A stretch of DNA of 64,000 nucleotides from Massalongia carnosa (Eukaryota), in the NCBI GenBank assembly GCA_965645245.1, contig OZ287068.1, positions 3,410,001 through 3,474,000 on the forward strand, read 5' to 3'. Numbering within the stretch: the first letter of the stretch is position 1; every line of letters starts with the position of its first letter. The notes below the pieces were generated by a model. It was not told the origin of the DNA, searched no databases, and saw only the letters and a list, made by a program, of their open reading frames with translations. Made by a program: the position numbers and the translations under genes. Of this stretch, positions 13,071-25,200 are shown in pieces.

Positions 13071-14180
13071 ATGAGCGCATTACCCATTGAGTATTTGAGC
13101 GAGTGGCGAATGATCGTGTGTCGCAAATATCAACATACTATTTGGCCCGCTCAGGTGCAGTCCCATTTTCAAGGCCCACAGCATCGCCTGAAAATCAAAG
13201 AAGCCCCACCCATCGCGGGACGGCGCAATCATGGCCCAATTCAATTCAATATCGTTGAATTACAGATCCCCATTCGAATCGATAGTCCCGTCCGTATTTT
13301 GCCAGTGTATTCCGATGGTTTATTATGTCAAATGAAACCGGAACGATGTCAATACATTTGTCGCAATGAACACGGCATGAGAATGCATAGCAAGCAAAAT
13401 CATGGATGGACGGCGCAAGCGCGAAAGGGAAGACCCAGTAAGATTTCCACCATAAACCCGACTCCCAAGCCATGGCGAACCGTCACATGTCAGCGGTTTT
13501 TCGTTTATGGTCAAGGATCACATTTTATAGAGAGAGTTAATGTAGGATCGGCATGAAGAACGACTGCAAGAGCTGGAGTTAGTTTGCAAAGTCAAGCGCG
13601 ACAGACCATTAGTCAGGCTATGACGGCAGTCAAAGAGAAAGAACGCAGGATGATCCAGGAGGGAGAGCAGACGGAGGTGAACCAATGATTGGAGAGAACT
13701 GGGTTTTTGTGCGCATGGAAGCAGTGCGCAAAGACAACAGCAGCCAGGAATACACGCCGTTGCAACCATAGATGGACAACCAATCAATCCAAGATCACAG
13801 TCGGCCATGGAAGCAGGTGTTGATGTTTTTTGCCTGTGCGCGGCCTCAAGGCAGCAAGAGTAACCCGCCATATCGATTTATCCCAGCCCAGAAACGAGCA
13901 TGGAGACGATTTTGTACCGCCATGAAAGGGCCTAGGAAGAAAATGAGTCAGTCGAGGAAGTCGAATCAAAATCGTCAGCGGTGCAAATCCCAGATGTTGA
14001 AGAGACAGACCGCCCCATACATAAAGACGCCGGACTGAGTCGGGTCGATGAATTTTGTTTGGATTTTTGCGTTGCGTTGTTGGATCAACGAATTAAACGC
14101 ACCGAATGCGACAGCCATTGGTGAACGCTTTGGCAGTGTTGAGAGTGGACGAGGATCGATTGTTAGGACCCGATCGATAC
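13071..14180 (+). pseudogene. Degenerate DUF3505/OrsD-like protein fragment (N-terminus of the large fungal RecQ-linked multicopy proteins)
   Basis: EYLSEWRMIVCRK..IWP..VQSHF...H, GLLC...CQYIC...MRMHSKQNHGW, WRTVTCQRFF, then EVNQ*LERTG and FCLDFCVALLDQ..PLVNALAVL in shifted frames; truncated by the Gypsy LTR. Confidence 0.6.
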
Positions 14181-14188
14181 CCACCCAT

Positions 14189-15845
14189 TGTCACGTTCGG
14201 TAGGCAGAGGTCCTATCCATGTGGTGAACAGTGCTTTATTACGAAGTATACTACATGATAGCTAGACAAGACGAACACGAAGAGAAAAGCATTGCTTGCT
14301 TGCAGAGATTTCCTATATGCCTCCTAAATGACACCTTAAGCTCAATGTGATTAGACTGCAGGAGCGCGGAAGTGGCAACAATCGAGCTAGTCCGTGAAAC
14401 CGAGCTATACCTTAATGGTGCACCTACGGAAACCGTAGATGGAAGTTCAATGAACCTTCAGGTGTTCAGTTCATACCATGACAGTAGCTCCCTCAATCAA
14501 GGCCTGATTCTTCGCAGGCTAATGATGACAGTAGGTGTGAATCACTGGGGCTTACCTGGATAACGTCTGTGAAATTCTTTCAATCTAGCGTTGCGTTGGT
14601 AACGTACTCAGCTTACTCCCAGGTAGGATCGTTCCATCTTATCCACTGCACAAGATACTTCAGACGTTTTCGCACAAGCTTGGAGTCGAGAATTTCCTCC
14701 ACTTCACACTCTTCCTCGCCGTCGACGAGAACTGCTGGAGGAGCCGGAGGGATATGGCCAGGATGAGGATCGCGAGGGACAGGGGTCAGGAGCGAGACAT
14801 GGAACACTGGATGGATTTTCATACCGGGAGGGAGGTCGAGGCGATAGGCGTATTTGCTGACGACTTGGGATACCCTGAAGGGACCGAGCTTCTTCCAGTC
14901 TAGTTTGCGAGTAGGTCTCTGAGTACGTATGTTTTTAGCATTCAGCCATACGCCGTCTCCTACTTCATAAACCGCAGCTGGGACTCGATGTTCATTGGCG
15001 TTTTACTCATATTTGGCTTGCGAGAACTGCGTTTCTTCTTGAAGCCTTCTGCTTATTTCCTGCATTCTGATGATAAAGCTCTCAGCGTTGAGATTGGCGG
15101 GTGACGATACTTGATCTACAGGCTCGAATCACATGCGTGGGTGGAATCCCATTTCTGCAAAGAAGGGGCTGTAGCCAGTGGTTTCCGAAGTCGTGTTATT
15201 GCCCGTGAACTCTGCCAGCGGCAACCAGTCAACCCAATCGTCCTATAAGTAGTCGGAGTACATCCGCAGATAATTTTCAATGGACGAATGAGAAGTGGCG
15301 TCTCTTGGAAAGACGGTCAACTACTACCATGATCGCATCGAAGCCCTAACTCTCGGGTAGACCGGTGACGAAGTCAACTGAAATATCCTGCTAGCGTTGT
15401 TCTGGTACATTGCAGGGGCCTGAGTACTCCCATCTTTCCTTGACGAGAGGCCTTGCTTCGGGTACAAACATGACAGTGCTTCACATAATTAGCTATGAAC
15501 TGATCTAACCGAGGCTAATATCACTGGCGTTGCATAAGATCAAAAGTCTTCGCTCTTCCTTGGTGTCCCGCCACCGGGCTGTCGTGCATTATTTTACAGA
15601 ATTTCATTTTCAGTGCAATGTGAGTCCGGGACGTACATCTTCCCTCGATAATGCAGTCGACTATTGATTTCTTCGCACTCCGCCAATGAGATTTCTTTCG
15701 AGTGGCTTACTTCGTCTCGCAATAGTCCAAGAATCTTCGTTGGAAAGGGGTTGACTTGAAGGCCTTTAGTCTAGAGTTCTTCCAGAGTCCGTTCGGCCTC
15801 TTGCTCCATTTGACGATCGTCAACTTGACTAACATTGTTGTAATT
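14189..15845 (-). mobile_element. Ty3/Gypsy (chromovirus) 3' fragment: integrase remnant, chromodomain, PPT, 3' LTR
   Basis: KLDWKKLGPF, IHPVFHVSLL, chromodomain EVEEILDSK...YLVQW...PTWE; LTR TGTCAC...ATGACA at 14189-14483 adjacent to purine-rich GAGGGAG on the minus strand; many stops. Confidence 0.88.
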
Positions 15846-15849
15846 CGAA

Positions 15850-18800
15850 AGGTAATGCCGGGACCGAGTGGAGGCAGGCCGCAGATAGCCGACGAAGGAC
15901 GGGAAGGGAAGAAAAAAGCATAAATAGGTGGCCTTTTGGCACCATTGATTCGGAGTTCAGCACCAAAAGGTCTTTTGAAAGTCTTTCCCGAATTAAAAAC
16001 ATCTATCAATTACTCACCCCCAATCCCATCATTCCAAATCACCTCCACCTCTCATTCTATATTACCCTCCACACTGAGTCCATCATGCCTTTCCATCGCC
16101 CTCAAAGAATCATCAAGCCCTTCGTCCACTTCGAAAACACCTCCGGGCCCGGTCAACGTTTCAGTCGTTCCACCCGATCCCCTAGAAGAGGGGTCATAGT
16201 TTCAGAAACACAGCCTCCTTGAACACTCAAGGTTCGGAGGGAACACTTCGGGACGATGTGATAGACGTTCATCGAAAATCGAATCAATCCCGGACCTGCT
16301 GTTGGATCTCAGGGCTCAGCAGGAGGCCACAAGGAGACCCGTCACCTTCAAAAAACAAATCGCCGACAACTTGGCGGCCATTCAGCGCATAAGGGAGGGA
16401 AACACAGTCCCCGACGGAGACATCAAGGGACTACCCCACTTGGTTCGCTGCCTCGGGGTGTATTGGCAGGTCTTGCTTCATTTGGCTTCATCCGGAATAA
16501 AAGACAGTCTTTGTAGGGCCTTTCAAATCTATCAGGACCGCTTGTTGTTACATTACACCACCTACACCTGAGAGTCAGTACGAGTGTTTCATATAATCTT
16601 CTACAGGGGTCGAGTGTAGCAGGGAGTGAACGACCCGGCCGGATGGAGGAGAATCGACACCATCATCGAAAACATGTATCTTACTCGACGGACACCTAAC
16701 TTGTTCATGACGGGAGGTATCACCAAACAGCACCCGGGATCACTCCCGGTAGGCGGCTCCACTGAATCAAAGCCCATGTCCTGCAATCGATACAACGCAG
16801 GGCGGGAATACAAGGACTGCAGGTATCCTCACGTCTACAGTCTCTGTTTCGGCCATCACACGAAAAACAACTGCCTCAAGGCACATATCAGCAACCCAAA
16901 TTTCATGTCAACGGGTAGACGAGATTGACTAGCCGGCCCATTTGATCATATCGCCGAAGGGTTCCCCTATCCGCTGATAGATAAATCAGCAATCGTACCC
17001 TCAGGGCCTCTAAGAAAAGAAGGCTGGGAACTTTCACCTCATGGGTCATCCGGAAAAAAAAATTAAAAACAGACCATTCATGATATAATCATACACGTGG
17101 CCAAAATTGAATACACCGGCCCAGATCAGTTCATTCTAAGCAACAACCTGGCCTCGGCCAACGCGGCCCCAGAAATTCTGACCATGGACGTAGAGGACAA
17201 GAGGGCCAAGAACCGATTGATCGAGGTACTCACCCTACCAGCCAGATATATATGCTCCCTCTTAGGCCTGGTCCCCAAAGTAAACGGAGGATGGCGCCGT
17301 ATTCATCACCTCTCCCACCCCGAGGGTAATTCGGTGAACGACTTCATTCCCGAAGAATGGGGCGCTCTGGAATATATCACTTTCGACGAAGTCCTCGCCG
17401 GCGTCAGAAGAATGGGCAAGGACTGCGTACTGATCAAACGAGATCCAGCCGATGCCTTTCGCCACGTTCCAGTGGCGTAAAGCGATTGGTGGTCGCTGGG
17501 TTTTTGTTGAAACGGGGTTTACTGGATGGAACGCTTTCTTCCATTCGGTCTCAGGACGTCTCCCTTCTTGTTTGACATATTCGCGAAAGGTCTGAACTGG
17601 ATGATGATTAATTGTTCAGACCTCGGCCTAAAAATCAACGATAAGAAAAATAAACAAGGCACGGTAGTCGAATTCCTGGGTTTCGAGCTGGAAACACACC
17701 TCATGCAGGCACGACTACCGGCCGAAAAGCTTCAGAAAGCTGAGGATCTCGTCCAAGCAACATTGAATAAATCCACGATAACCAGAAACAAGCTAGACAC
17801 TCTTGCGGACTTCGGAATCGGGGCATACATACTCTTAGGTGGTCAGACCACACACACACTGCCCGCTGAGCAAGTAATGTCTGAACGATACACCACTAGG
17901 CTCAGAGCCAAATATATCAATGAGAAGGAGATGACAGCGATCCTGCACGCCCTACTGCGGTGGCTCCCCCTATGCAAGGGAGCCCATCTTCTTTATTGCG
18001 ACAGCTTTGCTGTAATGTACGGGGTCAAAAAGACCTCCATTCGGGGAGGGGCCATGCACCCTCTTCGGAATATCGCCATGATGGCGGCTGTAAATGACAT
18101 TGAAATCGAGCGACACTGGCTGTCGACCAAAGAAAACTTCTTAGCAGATTGGTTGTCCCGAGGATTATTTGGGAAAATCGCTGACAATTACCCCTAACTG
18201 CAGGGCATTTCATCGGACAAATAACGGCGACACACGCCCGCGACCCTCCAGAAACATGGTACAATGAGGTCCCGCTGGATCGTCGGGCAGGCAAATATCT
18301 ATGGTGGGGCATAGCAATTAGGACTCGAGGACTATACGATGCAGCCCGAAAAAGCTACACGACCCACTGTCAGCTGGCGACGAATTTTCCCCCCTTTCCA
18401 GCAACAATTCGAAGTCTTTCGGCGTGGATAGCCGCTCTAGGCCAACGGGGACTCCGTCCCAAAACTATCGAAAACTATCTAGCTGGGGCGCGATCAAGTC
18501 AATTGGACATGGGCCTAGGGGACCTGGAGGTTTTCCATCATTCAGTCCTAGACAGGATAATAGCAGGAATAAAACGGATGCACGGTGAACCCGAAAACGA
18601 GAAAGACTACCAATCACACGCGACGTTCTGATAAAATTGCTACGAAAATTAGACACTACTAACGAGGTCCAAGCAACACTCCATGCGGCATATAGCATCG
18701 CATTCGCCGCCTTCTTAAGAGCGGGAGAATTTACTTACAAACAAGGAGACATGCAAGACCCCAGCTTCGATTCATGGCATTTAACCAGGAAATCCGTGGA

Positions 18801-19395
18801 CCTACGAGAAGATCGAATGATTCTCTCCTTACCATCATCGAAAATGGACCCTTTTCGAAGAGGTAGAAAAATTTACATCGCAGCAACAAACGACGAAGCA
18901 TGCTCGGTCGCCTCCACCCGGAACTTGTTACCCGGTTCCCGAAATCAGCATCGTCCCCGCTGTTCTAGGTTCAAAACAAGGCCTTCACCCGTGATTATTT
19001 GGTGCAGGCCCTGCGAAACGGTCTCCGAGCGATTGGAGTTCAGGGTAATTATTCGGGTCATTCGTTTCGACGTGGGGCAGCAACAACGGCCAAGGACTCG
19101 GACTTGCTGGAATAAGATATTCAAAGCTTGGGCTGATGGAAATCGGACTCGTATCAGCTATACGTCCAACACCCGGACCAGCTAATAGCGATTTCCCTTC
19201 GTTTTCAACGACCCCCCCCCCGTCACGTTTCGAACAGCACCACCATAGGTGGGCCATTCCCTGCTTTGGGTTTGGGAGTTTTCCCCTCACCGCTGCCATA
19301 TTAAAGCCATTATAGGCGGGGCCCTCAGCAAAACTGAGCGCCAGCATGGCAGCAGCGAGGGGGAGTTGCCCAAACATAGATAGTAATTATATGAT
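15850..19395 (+). mobile_element. Tyrosine-recombinase retrotransposon (Ngaro/DIRS-type), degenerate
   Basis: Order: gag-like with Cys/His finger (16302-16928); RT (LGLVPK..GGWRRIHHLSHP.G.SVND, D.ADAFRH, LPFGLRTSPFLF); RNase H (INEKEMTA, LYCDS, ENFLADWLSR); YR (AFAAFLRAGEF, SKMDPFRRG, SGHSFRRGAAT, W.SDSYQLY). The RT YxDD segment is deleted; stops and frameshifts. Ends approximate. Confidence 0.88.
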
Positions 19396-19427
19396 GTTCT
19401 GACGATACGATGGAGCCCGCGAACTAC

Positions 19428-20861
19428 GCCTAAAACAATCCCCTCGTGTATGGTACCAGATCCTGCAGGATTTTCTGCAAAATATGGGGTTTAAACGAAC
19501 ATATTCGGATCATGGAGTTTATGTATCGGACGATATGTTTATAGCGATTTACGTTGACGACCTCGTCATCTTCGAAAAGGATACTTCAAAATTGCAGCAA
19601 TTGCAACACGAATTGAAGTTCCGTTTCCGCATGACGGACTTGGGAGAAGTCTCTCATTATCTGGGAATCGAAGTCGACGTCAACATCGATAAATCGGTTA
19701 TAACTCTTCGACAAACAACTTACCTGAAGTAGGTGCTGCAGCGATTTAATATGATCGACTGCAGGCCCATTTCCACCCCCATGGACCCCGGTGCCGGAAA
19801 CACACTCATGCCGTCGGAAGACCAGGCCGACAAGAAAACAATTACCTGGTACCAGTCGGTGGTGGGCTTGCTGATGTGGCCAGCCATGCATACACGTCCC
19901 GACATCGCCTATGCAGTGGGAGTCCTGAGCCGATATTGTTTGAACCCAGGCCCACTTCATTGTAAATACCTCCAGCGAATTATGCGCTATATTTCCAGTA
20001 CCTTAAACGAAGGCCTCGTGTTCAGAAGAGACACCGAGGATGACATTTTAGGGTACTCGGACTCCGATTATGCTGGAACAAAAGATGGGAGAAAATCGAC
20101 CGGGGCCTATACGTTTTTGTTAGCAGTCGCCCCAATTTCTCACTGTTCCAAGCTACAACCTACCGTCGCCCTATCCACCTGCGAGGCCGAATATATGGCC
20201 CTGACGGAAGCAGCTAAAGAGGCCATTTGGTGCGCGCGATTTCTGGCCGCGTTAGGATATCGGAAGAAGAACACCCCTGTCCTACTTCGAGGGGACAATC
20301 ATGTTGATTCATACTGTCTTGGCGTTATTTGCTTTTGCCACTATACCAAGGTTAACTGTCTTACCCGATATGACTTCACCTTACAATTGCATGGAACAAT
20401 CTATGGGGAATCTATAATTCCGCTATTATCGCACGACAAGGTCCCTGCGACGAACGCGATGGAAGTTTCTCGAAGACTCCATTACAGCCATATTCGGTGT
20501 ATATATTTGGGCAAATAATCCCACCTTCTTTCTTTCTTAGATAGTTTAGTTATTTAAGTTCAATTTAGTTATAGAGATTCAAGCGCAGCATATCAATCAG
20601 CCTTTTCATTAATTCAGTGCAGCTCCCTCAGCCCCTTTTATATCAACAAATCAAGGTTCAATTGCATTGGCTGAAAACCCCGAATTCCACCGTCGAACCA
20701 AGCACATTGAAACCAAATGGCATTGGATCAGGGAGGTGGTTGAATTGGGAACGGCAAGCATCAAGTTTATCCCTACCACAGAGATGGTGGCAGATGGGCT
20801 TACAAAGCCGCTGGTCGCTAAACCCTTTGAGGACTTTAAGTCAATGCTTGGCATGGGCTAA
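19428..20861 (+). mobile_element. Ty1/Copia RT-RNase H fragment
   Basis: LKQSPRVWY, IYVDDL, DLGEVSHYLG, TRPDIAYAV, GYSDSDYAG, VALSTCEAEY, GDNQ|GSIALAENPEFHRRTKHI, MVADGLTKPL; TAG at 19730. Confidence 0.92.
20302..20648. mobile_element. Solo LTR (347 bp) inserted in the Copia RNase H
   Basis: TGTTGA...TCAACA; TSD AATCA (20297-20301 / 20649-20653); excision restores GDNQGSIAL. Confidence 0.92.
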
Positions 20862-22251
20862 ACCCAAAGAGGCAAAATATACGGATAGCCTCAATCCATC
20901 AATATGGGCATCCATCATGAGCTCCGGGAGGTGCCTGGCAAAGTGCCTAAACAAGCAGATATGGAAGCCAAGGTCTGACCGTCAGGGTGCCTAAACAAGC
21001 AGATATGGGGTGACAAGGTCTGACCGTTTAGGCTCCAAGATGTGACAGTTTTGTGACTGCTATATAAAGCAGACAAATAGCCCACATAGGTCAATGACAA
21101 TCATGCTATTATACCTACAAAGTGAATCTGAAGATGGGTCTGGAATTAGCTTACGTCAATTGCAGTATAATTTCATAGTACGTTCCTATCCACTTCTCTT
21201 AGAAAGGCTGTAATTCTTTTGTTGAGGGATTTACACTGTCGACAAAATAGATTGAAAGCACACCAATATGTTAGGGCGGCTCAAGCACGGAGATAAGGTC
21301 ATCATTTAATCTATAATCATACATTATAAGTATTTTATACTCGTAGGATTTTAAATAAAGCTTGAAAAAAAACCATTTATTTTTTGTAGGCAAGGTCTCT
21401 GTTGCGATATGGCGGCCTTTATTATCAGCAATATCTCGAGAGCGAAGCGTAACTTCTTTGATGATGCTTTAAGGAGCTGCAACGAGTCTCTTGATCTGTG
21501 CAAGATCCTGTAATTGAGCTTCTGGGGAACCAGCCCTGGGGAGAATCGGATTTTGGGGGCTATGCGCGGGCGGCCACTTCCGGGGTCAATTCCAGAAGCA
21601 AGGATAGGGCTGCCGAAGTTTCGATTCGTAAAAATAACATTCTTTCATGGCTGCCCCTCATTTCTTGTACGCCAATCGAGAGATGCCTTATACAAACACG
21701 TTTTTCTTCAGTGAAGTTCCTCTTCATCAACGGACGTTCCTTTTTACTAAATTTGTTCGCTGGACTGTGCAAACAATCGCTAGACTTGCAAAAGCAACAG
21801 CTGAATTCAAAGAACATTTTATTATTTGCTGCGGTCAGTGTCCAGTCTTGAAGAGCTACCTGTTTGTTGAACACGACTAAGTCAGTTTGATTAAAGGCAC
21901 GTCAGTCTCTCACTTTGTCGGATGACACCAATTTGAGCTGGCTGAAAAGGCAGCCACGAGCGATCACGTTTGTAGTTATATTATAATACTGCCTTTCGAG
22001 TTAAGATATTTGGTTGTCTACTCTGGCCACGATCCTACTTTTTATTCTCAACCCTTGTCACTCAAGATGTCAGACGACCACACATCTCAGAGAAGCCATA
22101 CTCCTGACTTGTATTCATTGAGTCAAAGCACGCAAGCCATGGCTAAAAGGATCAAAAAGATTAGGATATAATCTTCTGAAGACGATGAGCTGATTAATGA
22201 GTGCAAGAAAGAGGTATCATAGTTCAAAAGCTCATGATGATAGAATTACTA

Positions 22252-25200
22252 GATGATGATGAGGATTGATTCTTGTACCGATCTGACACTGGCCGAAGGC
22301 CGGCCCATGCGGGCTATCTACTTATTCTTACAGGGAAAACCTTTTAGAGGGATAAAAACCATGCCGACTGCGCCATTATCCCAAACGTGTTCCGTTTCTG
22401 GACTGTATTCTTCGCTCGATGTTCTGTGAAATCCTTGACAAAATGAGAGTTATCACTCGTATAACAGTTGCGATGCTAGTGAAAATTGGGTCAGCAAATT
22501 TGCTTTTATTATCCATGTGGTTAGTTTTTTCAACATTTTCGACGAGCTCATGATTGTTCGATAGTCGTTGGTGCCTATTTGTTTTAGCACTTCGTATCTG
22601 CCGTCGATTAGCCTGCAATGTAGAATGATGTGTTTGGCTATCTGCTTCTGCCATCCACACGAGCAGGCCGGGTTCATAACGCCCGGTACCCGACGATTGA
22701 ACAGGAAGTTTGCTAAGCCTATTTTTTCGGTGCTGATTTGCGTGGTTAGCGCGCTTTCCGCTTTCATCAGGTCGTTGTGAATCTTCAGTCTCGTCCTACT
22801 GAGAGATCCCAACTGTGCCTCTGTCGGGCGGGGAATACGGTTCTGGTACGTCTTCCATTTGGAGTCCCAGCGTTCCTTGATGCGTTCTGTGGTGGCCTTT
22901 GTGTGTTTCTCTATGGTATGGCGTGTCGTGGTGCATTTTTCGAGGTGCGCCGGGTCGGGTGTGGACCAGGGCGGGGGCGATGGGGGCATTGTGACTGGTG
23001 CCTCGTTATTCAACATTTTGCTGGCCCATTCGTATTTCAACTCTCCTGGGGTGAGGTGTTGCGTTCTTTTGCGTCCTGCCTTACCCCGTAGCTTGTTCGC
23101 TATTGTGTTGCAGGCTTTGGAAATCAGTTTCGCTTGCCCTGCGGCCAGTAGACGATACCTTGCTTTTATCTGTAGATTGTCCAGATGCAACTTCATGGGG
23201 GCGATGAACGTTTCCGCTTCAAGAACTTGGACGGGTGTTGCCTTGAACGCACCTGTCACGGTGCGTAAGCATTTGTTCTGTATGACGATGAGTTTGGACG
23301 TCGTGGCCTTGTTTTTCTTGATTTCCCTGGGTGTGTGCCACACGGTGCTTCCATAAGTCATTGCCGGGCGAACGACGGCGGTGTAAACCTGCTGGGCCTT
23401 CGCGAAAGAAGCTCCCCAGGTGGATGTCGAAATTTTGTGAGCGCCAACGACTGCGACGTCATCTTTTCCTGTGTTTTCTGTATGTGGGCTCCCCATTTCA
23501 ATTTGGTGTCGATTTGGAGGCCCAGAACTCGTATGTCCGTTTTCGGTTCTATTAGGTTGTTTTCCATTTGAATAGTAGCCGACATGTCGAATTTCTTTGG
23601 ATTTCTGGACAAATGAGTGAGCTCATACTTATCCGGTGCATATACGGACTCGTGGCGTGCCGCCCATAGTTCGCATTTTCTGTGAATTCTTTCGAGGGTT
23701 GTGCAGTTTTCTTCCGTGCTCTTGCCGTATGCCAACACATTTTACGTCGTCTACAAATCCTAGCGCGCTCGTGTTTGTGCCGGGTCTCTCGCATATCTCT
23801 ACAATGTCCGCATTGTAGAACAGGTAGAGAATAGGGGAAATGGGTGAGCCTTGAGAAATGCCCGTGCGCACCGTGAACTCCTCGGTTACTCGGCGGTTTA
23901 TCGTTAGCGTGGTTCTTCTTTCCTTCAGAAAGCTTGCCGTCCAGTCTGTGATCCATTTCGGGATTTTCCTTTTTCGCAGATTGTGTATCAGCCTGCGATG
24001 AGACACTGTGTCGAATGCGCCTGCTACATCCATGCTGAAGAGAGTTGCCACCCTGTTGTTGCCTTGTCCACATACAGTGTGTACCTGTTCGGTGAGGAGT
24101 TCGAGCGCAGACTCGGTAGATCGGCCACGCCGAGCGCCCATTTGTGTGTCCGGCAGGAGCCGGTGCTGTTCCGCTAAGAGTGATCTTCCTTGCGATGACT
24201 GCTTCTAATACCTTACCCATTGTGTTCAGTAAAGCTATGGGTCTGTATGCCTTTGAACTGGTATTGTATTTCTTTCCCGGTTTTCTGAGCGCGATCGTGT
24301 TTGCTCTTTTGAACTCGCGGGGATGATACGCATGCGTGACGCAAGCCTGAAATAAAGGGGTTAGCAACTCTGCTAGCTTTGTGGAGCATGCCTTGAGAAT
24401 TCGGTTGGTGATCCCGTCAGGGCTTGGAGCCTTGTCGGACTTAAGACGTTGTATGTTTGCGATCACTTCGTCATTTGTGATTGTCATGGGGCAATCCGCG
24501 GCGGCGGAGTAGAACGACCCGGGTATGTCGCTCAAGTCGGCCGGCGGGGGGGGGGGAAGAATTTGGCTTTCAGCATTTCCGCTTTTTCTTCGAACGTCTC
24601 CACTGTTTGCCCTTCGTGCCTCAATGGCGACATTTTTGGTATCTCGCGGGGCTTCTGACTCTTGTCTTTTGCCCATCTTGCTAGCTTCCATATGCCCAAC
24701 GGCGACTCGGTGGCTTTGCTTATCTCTTTGCGAAATTAGAGCGTTTTTACTTTTTGGATTATCTATTGCTTCTTGTCGTTTGACTTCATATATGCCTTCC
24801 AGTCGTCTAAGTGGCGCGATGACGACCAGAAGCGGCGCAATTTCCGAGTCTCGCGGGTGGCGCGGTTGCATTCTTCGTTCCAAAAGGGTTTCGCATATTC
24901 GCTGGGTCTGGCCCAGGGGACGGAGGCGGTTATGATTTTCTGCAGGAATTCTTGAATTGTCTGAGGGTACTGATCTATTTCTGCGATTGAGCGGGGGTGG
25001 GTTACGGGCGGGGCGTTGCTTTCAGCCTCCCTCAATTTCTCCATGTTCAGCAGCTTCCATGCTCTGCGCTTTACTTTCGTTAGCTGTTCACCCCCGAGAA
25101 GAATGCGAATGGATATCGGAATGTGATCAGAGGATTGATTCATTTCCGGTCTTGACATGCAGTGTTCCAGTCTTTCCGCCAGAAATTCCGACATGAATAC

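Noticed and set aside
18240..19190. Starship captain or Crypton recombinase
   Set aside because: The YR lies directly after RT-RNase H as in DIRS/Ngaro and shows no DUF3435-like features I can recognise.
20282..20518. Novel C-terminus on the Copia RNase H ORF
   Set aside because: Read-through into the inserted solo LTR.
21400..22250. Short ORFs between the Copia fragment and the LINE
   Set aside because: No recognisable motifs.
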